From contig JBEKMF010000001.1 in the NCBI GenBank assembly GCA_050008655.1, positions 1,445 to 65,444 of the forward strand: a DNA stretch of 64,000 nt, read 5' to 3'. Below the pieces are notes generated by a model. That model was not told the DNA's origin. It worked only from the letters and a program-made list of their open reading frames with translations, and made no database searches. Made by a program: the position numbers and the translations under genes. Each line of letters starts with the position of its first letter. The first letter of the stretch is position 1. Positions 28,049-36,895 of the stretch are shown here, piece after piece. This stretch comes from Smithellaceae bacterium (lineage in GTDB: Bacteria > Desulfobacterota > Syntrophia > Syntrophales > Smithellaceae).

Positions 28049-28833
28049 GGCTGGATATTATTTTTTGCGGTTCTGCTTTTTTCTTGCCGGGCTTTTTTTA
28101 ATTTTTCTTCCTCAGCCTTTTTCAACTTCTCTTCTTCGGCAATTTTCGCTTTGGTTTCATTAATAAAATATTCTACCTTATAATCAAGTCCGACGTTCGC
28201 ATAATCTCGCACTATTGTTTCAAAACGCGCAAGAGCGGCCTGATATTTTTTCTGCTTGAAATAAAAATGCCCCACATAAAATTCTGCTTCTGCCAGTTTC
28301 TGCTTGCAGTCGTAAATCAACTTCTCGGCCATTATGGCAAATTTACTATCAGGGTGACGGGAGACAAGCTTTTCGAATTCTTTTTTTGCTTTAATTGCCG
28401 ATGTCTGATCGCGATCGATTGCATCTATTTGGTTGTAATGACACATACCTATTTGGTAGATGGCATAAGGAACATTCTCGTTAGTAGGATGAAGAGTGAT
28501 AAAATCGTTGTACGCATTTTCCGCTTCCATGTATTCCTTGTCACTATAATGGCAATCGGCTATTCCTATTTCCGCTAAAATAGCCAGATTATGCAGGGGA
28601 TATTCTTCTTTAACCCTCATAAAATATTCCCGGGCTTTTTTATAATCGTTATAATAATTGCTTTTCTGAAATTCGGCAGCTCCGCGCGAGTAAAGCCATT
28701 CCGGAGTATTCTTGGCCGTTTCTTTCTTGCTAAATATATCCAATAAAGAACAACCGCTAATGGAACATAATATCAATAAAATAATTATAAATATTTTCCA
28801 ATTCAATGTTTCCCGCAATCTTTTTAAATACAT
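28045..28833 (-). CDS. bamD: outer membrane protein assembly factor BamD (TPR lipoprotein)
   Basis: Lipoprotein signal (ILCSISGCS), TPR-like repeats and a Lys/Glu-rich C-terminal tail (EEEKLKKA x2). The stop codon is the TTA of the repeat tail CTCATTA. Confidence 0.8.
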   Translation of the reverse strand: MYLKRLRETLNWKIFIIILLILCSISGCSLLDIFSKKETAKNTPEWLYSRGAAEFQKSNYYNDYKKAREYFMRVKEEYPLHNLAILAEIGIADCHYSDKEYMEAENAYNDFITLHPTNENVPYAIYQIGMCHYNQIDAIDRDQTSAIKAKKEFEKLVSRHPDSKFAIMAEKLIYDCKQKLAEAEFYVGHFYFKQKKYQAALARFETIVRDYANVGLDYKVEYFINETKAKIAEEEKLKKAEEEKLKKARQEKSRTAKNNIQP

Positions 28834-28866
28834 GCCTTCACTACCTTTCAGCGGTACATTCTTAAT

Positions 28867-29232
28867 TTATAAACTTTTTTTAACGAATTCTTCCAGTTTT
28901 GCCTTGGGAACAAGGCCGATGAGAGTATCGAGTACTTTGCCTTCCTTAAAAAGGATAAGGGTCGGTATGCTCCTAACACCGAAACTAAGCGCTGTTTTCT
29001 GATTTTCGTCAACATTTAATTTCATTATTTTGACGCTATCTTGAAATTGCCCGGCAAGCTCTTCAACTATAGGGCCGATAGCTTTACATGGCCCGCACCA
29101 CGGCGCCCAAAAATCAATGAGCACCGGCTTGGCGCTTTTCAGAACTTCGGCTTCGAAGTTATCGTCGGTGGCGACGCCTAAAAATTCACTGCTCACCAAT
29201 TGCGCTCTCCTTAACTCTTGTTTTGATTGCAC
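28867..29232 (-). CDS. trxA: thioredoxin
   Basis: WAPWCGPCK active site and thioredoxin-fold length. Confidence 0.95.
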   Translation of the reverse strand: MQSKQELRRAQLVSSEFLGVATDDNFEAEVLKSAKPVLIDFWAPWCGPCKAIGPIVEELAGQFQDSVKIMKLNVDENQKTALSFGVRSIPTLILFKEGKVLDTLIGLVPKAKLEEFVKKSL

Positions 29233-29400
29233 GCCTATATGTCATAAAGGAACCTCAAAAGTCAAATGCTATTTGGCAATAGTTTTTGGTTGCTAAATGA
29301 CAATTTGTTTTATATTAAAAAGCCTAAATTAATGCCCCTTTGCAGTCAAAAGAGGACATCGGCTGCAAGGAACAGGCGACACTGCATGCGCCGGGCAGGC

Positions 29401-29475
29401 AGCAGGCGTATTTCTTATATGTTGAGGAACCGATGGCTCAACACACGCCGGACAGGCTTTGGCCAACAAAGATAA
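29401..29475 (+). repeat. family-2 repeat, copy d (diverged, with internal insertion)
   Basis: AGCAGGCGTAT..TATATGTTGAGGAACCGATGGCTCAAC...GGCCAACAAAGATA shares the GCAGGCGTAT, GTTGAGGAA and GCCAACAAAGATA blocks with copies a-c. Confidence 0.6.
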
Positions 29476-29505
29476 AATAATGGATGCGAATTGGAGGAGG
29501 TTTTT

Positions 29506-30219
29506 ATGGCTCTCATAGGCGTTATTTCCACCAGCTTAGTCATGGAAAAAAGCGATTTATTGAAAAAGGGCAAAGCCAGACCGATGAAAAACGAATTCGG
29601 CCGAACAGAAGTATTTCTTACCGATAAAACAGCCTTGATTTTGCGCCACGGCAATAACCCTAATAATCATATTTTGCCTCATTTGATCAACCATCGCGCC
29701 AATATGCAAGCCCTGAAAGATACCGGCGTAACCGAAATAGTCGGCATTAATTCCACCGGCTCTTTAAAAAAGAATTTATGCCCGGGAATAATCGTTGTTC
29801 CCGATGATTTTATCACGCTTACCGCCACCCCTACCATTTATCAAAATAGCACCGTTCATATCACTCCTTTATTAAACGAAAAAGTGCGACAAAAGATTAT
29901 CCAAGCGGCGCGAAACTGCGGAATTAATTTTGTCGATAGGGGAACTTATTGGCAAACGCAGGGTCCGCGACTGGAGACAAAAGCGGAAATTAAAATGATG
30001 GCTAATTTTGCCGATATTGTCGGCATGACTATGGCTAATGAAGCTGTAATCGCTCTGGAGATGGACTTGCCTTACGCGTCTGCCTGTTCCATTGATAATT
30101 TCGGTAATGGCTTACTTACTGAACCTTTAAGTATGGAAGAAATACTCGCCGGTATTAGTAAAAACGCCGATTTAATGATTCGCTTGCTGCAAAGTTATTT
30201 GAAAATTTCCTATCCGTAA
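29506..30219 (+). CDS. MTAP-family purine nucleoside / methylthioadenosine phosphorylase
   Basis: Motifs NHRANMQALKDTGV, YWQTQGPRLETKAE and ADIVGMTMANEAV. ATG 29506 follows GGAGGAGG. Confidence 0.65.
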   Translation: MALIGVISTSLVMEKSDLLKKGKARPMKNEFGRTEVFLTDKTALILRHGNNPNNHILPHLINHRANMQALKDTGVTEIVGINSTGSLKKNLCPGIIVVPDDFITLTATPTIYQNSTVHITPLLNEKVRQKIIQAARNCGINFVDRGTYWQTQGPRLETKAEIKMMANFADIVGMTMANEAVIALEMDLPYASACSIDNFGNGLLTEPLSMEEILAGISKNADLMIRLLQSYLKISYP

Positions 30220-30366
30220 AAACGACTTTGAATTATCAAGCGGTAATCCACAGGAAATTATACTAATGCCAAGTCGCCTTCAAGAGGATATCGCGACGGC
30301 AGTGAAACTCGAATTACAGTCACGCAGAAACTGGAATTCGTTAGTTGAACTGTCCCGCTTCAGTGG

Positions 30367-30450
30367 GGCAAGGAAGAGGCGACGCAGGCGTATAGTAAGG
30401 AGCCGATGACGATGCCAACAAAGATAGCCGAAGGAGGGCGGATTGGTATC
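30367..30450 (+). repeat. family-2 repeat, copy b
   Basis: GGCAAGGAAGAGGCGACGCAGGCGTATAGTAAGGAGCCGATGACGATGCCAACAAAGATAGCCGAAGGAGGGCGGATTGGTATC. Its last bases overlap the stop codon of the 30449 gene. Confidence 0.85.
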
Positions 30451-30883
30451 AAAAAGCTCCCAGTTGACAAGGCTTAATCTTTATTTGCATTGCTTCGCAG
30501 GCGGCGGAAACCTTCATGCGGGGAATATTAAACTTCTCGGCAATTTCCCAAGCGATGCTACAGGGAAGACAACCGTTTTTCAAGGCCGCTAAAATATTTT
30601 TTTTCAGAACCGGCGCGATTTCTTTGACGGGCTGCACAATTTTTTTATGCGGGCTATGACCAAAAAGACCCAATTGACATTCGATAATCTTGATATTTAA
30701 AATGTCAATGGTAATACCGATATTGTTTTGAGCTATTCCTTTTCGTCGGGCAATTTCTTCCGCGGCCGCGCAGGAAATATCATTCGCCTCGACATTCTGC
30801 AGAATCTCCTGTTTTAAAGAATCATCAACTTTGGCCTTACCAGGGTGTTTTTGAAAATATTTGTCTTGATCCAAGTGGGTCAT
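30449..30883 (-). CDS. hypothetical protein with two tandem about 60-aa repeats each ending in CQLG(L/A)F
   Basis: The internal duplication is ISCAAAEEIARRKGI...IKIIECQLGLFG versus LPCSIAWEIAEKFNI...IKIKPCQLGAF. It is the last gene of the paaK-ACT operon. Confidence 0.5.
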   Translation of the reverse strand: MTHLDQDKYFQKHPGKAKVDDSLKQEILQNVEANDISCAAAEEIARRKGIAQNNIGITIDILNIKIIECQLGLFGHSPHKKIVQPVKEIAPVLKKNILAALKNGCLPCSIAWEIAEKFNIPRMKVSAACEAMQIKIKPCQLGAF

Positions 30884-30907
30884 AATCCTTTCCCCGCAAT
30901 CTCGGGC

Positions 30908-31360
30908 TTATTTTACATAAAGCGTCGGTTCGATCGCCGAAAGCTTTTCTGTGTTAAGAGTTTCAAATCCTTTTTCCTCCAGAAGCTTTTCCGTTTTTTG
31001 AATCTGGTCGACATCGACTACAAACACCGCCTTTTTAGAGCCTTCCAGAACAAAGCCATACGCATTATTAATGTTAATGCCTTCCTGAAGGAGCAATTGG
31101 GTAAGGTTATCCAAACCACCGGGTTTGTCCCGAATAAGAATCGCCAACACTTCCCGCAAATGCACGGTCATTCCTGCTTTGGCCAGAGCGGTTTCCGCGC
31201 GCTTCGGGTCGTCAACAATCAGGTTGATTACCCCAAATGTATCGGCCGTTGATATTGTTGTAGCCCGGATATTTATTTTTTCCTTAGCCAGAACTCCGGT
31301 TACCAGAGCAAGTTTTCCGGGCTTATTTTCCGCGAAAATTGAAAGCTGATAAGCAATCAT
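30908..31360 (-). CDS. ACT domain-containing protein (two ACT domains)
   Basis: 150 aa. Two beta-alpha-beta-beta-alpha-beta units (LSIFAENKPGKLA and LAILIRDKPGGLD). This is the typical partner of PaaK-like ligases. Confidence 0.8.
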   Translation of the reverse strand: MIAYQLSIFAENKPGKLALVTGVLAKEKINIRATTISTADTFGVINLIVDDPKRAETALAKAGMTVHLREVLAILIRDKPGGLDNLTQLLLQEGININNAYGFVLEGSKKAVFVVDVDQIQKTEKLLEEKGFETLNTEKLSAIEPTLYVK

Positions 31361-31612
31361 AATTTTCTCCTTTGTTTATTTTCAAGTGACACAATTTTTT
31401 ATCCACAAATAATACATTTACACCACTTTGCTATCCAAAGTACAACGCGCCGGTGAATGAAATCATCGCTGCTATTCCTAGTTTATTTTTGATGATGAAT
31501 AAAAAGCTCCAGATGCAAGGCGCGCGATGAATCGCAATCCGGCATGCGCCGGATAAACTCCGCATATGCGCAACCCGGCGAATGGCGGGAACTTTTCACT
31601 GTATCATCCATG

Positions 31613-32911
31613 TTAATCTTTGCGGTTGTCAATGACGCGCACCGCCTTCCCCTCTCCTTTGGGAATGCTATCCGGCTCCACCAAATCAACTTTGGGCGTG
31701 ACCAGAATTTCGCTTTTCAGTTCTTCGACGATTTTCTTTCTTAATGCATCCAACTGTTTTATATCGCCCACAAAATATTTTTTGTTTACCTCGACCTTCA
31801 CCGTCATATCATCGTTAAATCCTTCGCGTTCCAGAATAATCAAAAAGTTAGTACCGACACCTTCTATCTCCATTAGCTTCTTTTCAATCTGCATGGGATA
31901 GATATTGACCCCCTTAAGAATAAGCATATCGTCCGTTCTTCCCTTGATACGCTCAATCCGCCGGTGGGTGCGCCCGCAGGCGCAAGCTTCAGGAATAATC
32001 CGCGTTAAATCTTTGGTGCGGTAGCGAATGAGTGGCATGCCTTCTCTTTGCAGTGTGGTCATGACCAGTTCGCCTTCCACGCCGTCGGCCACTGGCCGCA
32101 GAGTGTCAGGATCAATAATTTCCACCAGAAAACTATCTTCCCAGATATGCATGCCCTCCTGATAAGGGCATTCAAAGGCCACGCCCGGCCCGTTCATTTC
32201 GGAGAGTCCATAGGAGTTGAAGGCCTTATAACCATATATTTCTTCAATTTTTTTGCGCATTATTTCCGTATGCGGCTCCGCGCCTAAGAAAGCGATTTTT
32301 ACTTCAGTATCTTTGCGCGGATCAATTTTCAGTTCAGCAAAGACAGTGGACAAATGCAGGGCGTAACTAGGGATGACATGGATGGTGGTTGTCGCAAAAT
32401 CCATCATCAGTTGAATCTGGCGTTTGGAATTGCCCGCGCCGGCGGGAATTACCAGCGCGCCTATTTTTTCCGCACCGTAATGGAAACCAAGGCCGCCCGT
32501 AAAAAGGCCATAAGTCATCATGTTTTGAAAAACATCGCTTTTGCGCATACCGGCCATATACATGCACCGCGCCAGGAGATTCGACCAGACGGCAATATCG
32601 TTAGCTGTATGGAAAACTACCGTTGCTCTGCCCGTGGTTCCCGAAGACGAATGCATCCGGACAAGTTCCTCCTTCGGCACGGCAATAAATCCGTAAGGCC
32701 AGTGTTCACGCAAATCATCTTTAGTCGTAAAAGGAAATTTATTAATATCGTTCAGGGACCTGAGCGATATTACATTCAATCTTTTTCCTTTTAATGTTTT
32801 GCCGTAATAAAAAGACTTCTGAGCGCTCCTGATGGTATCCTTTAGTCGTGCCAATTGCATTTTTTCCAGCCTGGCGCGGCTCAGTGTCTCTATACTCTTT
32901 TCCCAATACAT
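31613..32911 (-). CDS. paaK: phenylacetate--CoA ligase family protein
   Basis: 432 aa with adenylate-forming motifs SSGTTGRATV, GLSEMNGPGV and YRTKD. Confidence 0.9.
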   Translation of the reverse strand: MYWEKSIETLSRARLEKMQLARLKDTIRSAQKSFYYGKTLKGKRLNVISLRSLNDINKFPFTTKDDLREHWPYGFIAVPKEELVRMHSSSGTTGRATVVFHTANDIAVWSNLLARCMYMAGMRKSDVFQNMMTYGLFTGGLGFHYGAEKIGALVIPAGAGNSKRQIQLMMDFATTTIHVIPSYALHLSTVFAELKIDPRKDTEVKIAFLGAEPHTEIMRKKIEEIYGYKAFNSYGLSEMNGPGVAFECPYQEGMHIWEDSFLVEIIDPDTLRPVADGVEGELVMTTLQREGMPLIRYRTKDLTRIIPEACACGRTHRRIERIKGRTDDMLILKGVNIYPMQIEKKLMEIEGVGTNFLIILEREGFNDDMTVKVEVNKKYFVGDIKQLDALRKKIVEELKSEILVTPKVDLVEPDSIPKGEGKAVRVIDNRKD

Positions 32912-33013
32912 TTATAATTCCTCCAACTACTATTAATAGAGGTTTTTACAACCCGGCCGATTTTTTATCAAGTCAAATTAAATTTTTTGGATAATTACTA
33001 GAATGAGAAATAT

Positions 33014-33904
33014 TTATGTTCTCCGGTATTGATTCTTATCACGGACAATTTGCCCTTGCGTCTCCAAACGTTCCAGATGCTTATTCACGAGAACGCGCTC
33101 ATTAAATTCAAAGAACTCCAGAGGTTTTCGGGGCTTGCCATAAATCAGCCACGCGGCGGCAATTTCTTCCAGTGTGTGCGGTTTTTTTAAAAATTCCAGA
33201 ATTTTCCTTTCGCGTTCATAGATAATATTTTCGTAGTTATCCCAGAGCTTCCCCGGATTTTCCTCAAACAAGCCGTCTTCATGACAGACAATCCACTTTT
33301 TTGCCGGTATTTTTTTCAATCGCCGGATTGATTTGATGGTTTCATCAATACTGGATTGCACATCGCCATACCAGGGACCGAATGCGGTCAAATCGTAATC
33401 TCCTAAAAAAAGAAGTTCTTCTGCGGGAAAAAAGAAAGACAGGTGGCCGGGGGTATGTCCCGGGGTAGCAATCGCCTGCACCTTAACTTGCCCCAGATCA
33501 ATTTCTTCTTCATTTCCGATAAAACGTGCCTGAGACTGAGGCTGAAAATTGAATACATCTCTCATCACTTGTTTCCAGTAAGTGCGGCTACGTTCATCGG
33601 AAATGCCGTACCAATCCAGAAAAATCTCGATGTCCGTGAGCGGCGGGAAATCCCGCTCGGAAACCCACAAAGGTGAGTCCCCAAAAAGATATACGTAATG
33701 GAAATGATCTTCATGCCAGTGGGAAAGCCAGACCATATCCACGCCTTCCTTATCGCGCAGGCGAGATAGCTTTTCCGAACTGCAGGCCGGATCGATGATA
33801 ACGCGAGCTTCATTACTTTCCACATAAAGTGAATGATTAAACGGATATTTGCCGCGGTTTTCTCCGCCAATAAAACGCAGGCGGCCAAACTGACGATCTT
33901 TCAT
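33014..33904 (-). CDS. MBL-fold metallo-hydrolase
   Basis: HWHEDH metal-binding motif, TPGHTPGH, and a C-terminal winged-helix-like tail. Confidence 0.8.
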   Translation of the reverse strand: MKDRQFGRLRFIGGENRGKYPFNHSLYVESNEARVIIDPACSSEKLSRLRDKEGVDMVWLSHWHEDHFHYVYLFGDSPLWVSERDFPPLTDIEIFLDWYGISDERSRTYWKQVMRDVFNFQPQSQARFIGNEEEIDLGQVKVQAIATPGHTPGHLSFFFPAEELLFLGDYDLTAFGPWYGDVQSSIDETIKSIRRLKKIPAKKWIVCHEDGLFEENPGKLWDNYENIIYERERKILEFLKKPHTLEEIAAAWLIYGKPRKPLEFFEFNERVLVNKHLERLETQGQIVRDKNQYRRT

Positions 33905-34184
33905 AAAAACCTCTTTAAATTATAGCCGCAGAATATATGAAATAATTAGAACAATTTCCATTATTAATTATCGGAAGTCTTACCAAATATTGCGCTTTTG
34001 AGTGAAACACATTCCCTGCTTTCGAACACTAGTATCGGACAAAAATGTAATGAAATCATTAACAATATTAGGATTGACTTTCAGTAATTCAGGAGTAAAA
34101 TTGATGTATAATTAAAGCGAAGTCAGGCTTTTTACTAAACATCATATTTACTGACCACCAAGTTTAAAATAAACGGGGAGGAAT

Positions 34185-34370
34185 ATGATCCATATCAAAG
34201 CCAGAGCGCTTTTACGTTTTACTATCCTTGTGCTTACCGCCCTTGCGGTCACCGCACTGACCGTCACCGGCTGCCAGCCGCAGAAGCAGGCAGGCCCACC
34301 GGAAAAAATCACCATAGCATATACGACCTTGATTAATACCGTTCTCGTCCATATCGCCATTGCTATACTC
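34185..34370 (+). pseudogene. possible remnant: lipoprotein signal plus first strand of an NMT1/SsuA-like substrate-binding protein
   Basis: LTALAVTALTVTGCQPQKQAGPPEKITIAYTT..NTVLVHIAIA looks like the start of a periplasmic binding protein and then degenerates. It lies at the left edge of the GC-rich segment. Confidence 0.3.
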
Positions 34371-34465
34371 ATCAATTCAACCTTTATCGGCAGAACCGCT
34401 ATGATACGCGTAACAGCGCTTCATGAAGGGTTCGAAATCATCGGAGGTGAGAGGGAAGCAATACT

Positions 34466-36838
34466 ATGAACGACGCAAACCGCACCCGCTCTTCCAAGGG
34501 GCTTCTGTTCGGTCTGTTCGCCATCGCCACGGGCGCCGTGGTACTTGTAGGTTGGCTGTTTGACATCCCCAGCCTGAAGAGTGTACTGCCGGGGTTCGTG
34601 ACCATGAAGGCCAACACCGCCGTGGGCTTCGTACTCGCGGGGTTGTCGCTGGCGCTGTTGGGATGCGCGGCCCGCTTTGTGTGGGTGCGGCAGTTGTCGC
34701 GAGTGTGCGCGTGCGCCACGGCGCTGCTGGGCCTCCTCACCCTCAGTCAGTATCTCTTCGGCGTGGACTTCGGCATTGACCAACTGCTCTTCCGAGAAGC
34801 GGCTGGCGCCGTGGGTACGCTGTCCTCAGGCCGCATGGCCCCCGTGACAGCGGTCAATTTCCTCCTGTTGGGTTGCGCGCTCTTCCCCGCAGGCTTCCGC
34901 CGTACCATCCCCGCCGCGCAACGTCTGGTCCTAGTTACGGGACTCATGGGTATGCTGTCTCTGATGGGGTACGCATACGGCGCAACTGAGCTTTTTGGCA
35001 TCGGCACCTACACGCAGATGGCCATCCACACGGCCGTGCTCTTTATCCTCCTGAGCCTGGGGGTGCTGTTACTGCATCCGGCGGACGGCTTTATGCGAAC
35101 AGTCACCAGCGATACCGTTGGCGGCTGGCTACTGCGGCGTTTGGCGCCGTTCGTAGTGGGGATTCCGCTGGTCCTCGGGTGGTTGAGGGTGCAGGGCGAA
35201 CAGAGGGGCATCTTCAATGGTCCATTTGGCGTGGCCTTAATGATGATGGTCATGATGCTCATTCTGACGGGCCTGATCTGGTGGACAGCCCATGCACTGA
35301 ACCGGCTCGGCACCGTCCGCCGGCAAGAAGATGCAGCCCGCGAATACGCCGAGAGCATCATCAACACCGTACGTGAACCCTTAATTGCTCTGGATCAAGA
35401 TTTAAGGGTAGTCACGGTCAGCCGCTCCTTCTATGAAGTCTTTAAGGTTAAACCTGAAGAGACCGTGGGACAGCTTATTTATGACCTGGGCAATAAACAG
35501 TGGGATATTCCCAAGCTGCGCGAACTGCTGGAAACCGTCCTTCCCCAAAAGGCGACTTTTGATAATTATGAGGTGGAACACGATTTTGCGACCATCGGCA
35601 GGCGCATAATGCTTTTGAATGCCCGGCAAATTAAAAGAGTATTGGGAAAAGAACGGATCATCCTCCTGGCCATCGAGGATATAACCGAGCGCAGGGAGAT
35701 AGAAATTGGGCTAGAAAAGACCCGAAAAGAACTGGAGATTATTAAAAAAACCGCAGATGAAGCCAGTGAATTCGCCGAGAGCATCATCAACACCGTGCGT
35801 GAACCTTTAATTTCTTTGGATCAAGACCTCAGGGTGGTCACGGTCAGTCGCTCCTTCTATGAAGTCTTTAAGGTAAAACCTGAAGAGACCGTGGGACAAC
35901 TTATTTATGACCTGGGCAATAAACAGTGGGATATCCCCAAGCTGCGGGAACTGCTGGAAACCATCCTTCCCCAAAAGGCAACCTTTGATAACTATGAAGT
36001 GGAACACGATTTTGCAACCATTGGCAGGCGCATAATGCTTTTGAATGCCCGGCAAATTCAAAGAGTATTGGGAAAAGAACGGATCATCCTTCTGGCCATC
36101 GAGGACATCACCGAGAAAAAGATGCTGGAAAGAGGGGTGGTGAAGGCAAGGGATGTTGCTGAAGCTGCCAACAAGGAACTGGAGACATTCAGCTATTCTG
36201 TTTCCCATGATTTACGGGCGCCGCTGCGGGGCATAGACGGATTCAGCCAGGCGCTCCTGGATGATTATAGCGACAAACTTGATGCCACGGGGAAAAATTA
36301 CCTGGAGCGCATCCGCGCGGGTACACAGCGCATGGGATTGCTGATCGATGATATGCTGAAACTTTCGCGGATAACCCGGGCTGAATTTAACTATGAATCC
36401 ATCGACTTGAGTAAAATGGTCCGGACAATTGCAGATGCATTTCAGAAAAATAATCCTGATAAGACCCGCAAGGTGACCATCCAGAAGGGTCTCATCATCC
36501 AAGGTGACTCTCACTCCATGCAGATTGCTTTGATGAACCTGATAGATAATGCCTGGAAGTTCACCGGCAAACAAAAACATGCCCGGATTGAATTCGGCAC
36601 GACTCTCCAGGAGGGGAAAATGGTCTTTTTTGTTCGAGATAACGGCGTCGGATTTGACATGTCCTATGTGGGCAAACTATTCGGCGCGTTCCAGCGTCTT
36701 CATACGATGGATGAATTTGCGGGAACGGGAATAGGCCTGGCAACTGTACAGCGAATCATCCACCGTCACGGGGGGAAAATCTGGGCGGAGGGCGAAGTTG
36801 GGAAAGGGGCAACCTTCTTCTTCACGCTGCCAGCGTGA
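34466..36838 (+). CDS. sensor histidine kinase: multi-TM N-domain, 2 x PAS, HisKA, HATPase_c
   Basis: About 290 aa of hydrophobic N-domain, two near-identical PAS modules, H-box (SYSVSHDLRAPLR), N box (DNAWKF), G1 (DNGVGF) and G2 (GTGIGLA). Confidence 0.9.
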   Translation: MNDANRTRSSKGLLFGLFAIATGAVVLVGWLFDIPSLKSVLPGFVTMKANTAVGFVLAGLSLALLGCAARFVWVRQLSRVCACATALLGLLTLSQYLFGVDFGIDQLLFREAAGAVGTLSSGRMAPVTAVNFLLLGCALFPAGFRRTIPAAQRLVLVTGLMGMLSLMGYAYGATELFGIGTYTQMAIHTAVLFILLSLGVLLLHPADGFMRTVTSDTVGGWLLRRLAPFVVGIPLVLGWLRVQGEQRGIFNGPFGVALMMMVMMLILTGLIWWTAHALNRLGTVRRQEDAAREYAESIINTVREPLIALDQDLRVVTVSRSFYEVFKVKPEETVGQLIYDLGNKQWDIPKLRELLETVLPQKATFDNYEVEHDFATIGRRIMLLNARQIKRVLGKERIILLAIEDITERREIEIGLEKTRKELEIIKKTADEASEFAESIINTVREPLISLDQDLRVVTVSRSFYEVFKVKPEETVGQLIYDLGNKQWDIPKLRELLETILPQKATFDNYEVEHDFATIGRRIMLLNARQIQRVLGKERIILLAIEDITEKKMLERGVVKARDVAEAANKELETFSYSVSHDLRAPLRGIDGFSQALLDDYSDKLDATGKNYLERIRAGTQRMGLLIDDMLKLSRITRAEFNYESIDLSKMVRTIADAFQKNNPDKTRKVTIQKGLIIQGDSHSMQIALMNLIDNAWKFTGKQKHARIEFGTTLQEGKMVFFVRDNGVGFDMSYVGKLFGAFQRLHTMDEFAGTGIGLATVQRIIHRHGGKIWAEGEVGKGATFFFTLPA
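35348..36115 (+). repeat. in-frame tandem duplication of a PAS module (2 x 342 nt, period 426 nt)
   Basis: 35348-35689 and 35774-36115 differ at about 24 of 342 positions by hand alignment. Most differences are third-codon-position changes, with only 4 amino-acid changes. Confidence 0.9.
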
Positions 36839-36895
36839 AGAAGCGTATCTCGTAATTCGTGAATGGTATCTCGCATATAGAGAAGCGATTGAATT
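36820..36895 (+). promoter_or_regulatory. structured junction element J1 (CTTCACGCT/AGCGTGAAG hairpin spanning the kinase stop codon, plus 2 x CGTGAA..GTATCTCG)
   Basis: A 9-bp perfect hairpin at 36820-36840 includes the kinase TGA. It is followed by AAGCGTATCTCG-taatt-CGTGAATGGTATCTCGC. Confidence 0.7.

Noticed and set aside
25573-28183. Short ORFs 25573-25758, 27619-27807 and 28001-28183, listed in the six-frame track.
   Set aside because: They are encoded entirely by family-1 repeat sequence or by the antisense strand of bamD. Their reading frames are not conserved between repeat copies.
29266-29654. ORFs 29266-29475 (+) and 29415-29654 (-) in or near the trxA/MTAP intergenic region.
   Set aside because: The products are Arg-rich and low-complexity. 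One overlaps the MTAP-family gene start and both traverse repeat copy d. There is no RBS and no recognisable family.
34421-35367. Several long minus-strand ORFs (34421-34783, 34438-34740, 34747-35007, 35008-35367) that might be genes.
   Set aside because: They lie antisense to the kinase gene, exactly within the GC-rich segment where stop codons are rare. Their products are Arg/Pro/Ala-rich and low-complexity, which is typical of shadow ORFs.
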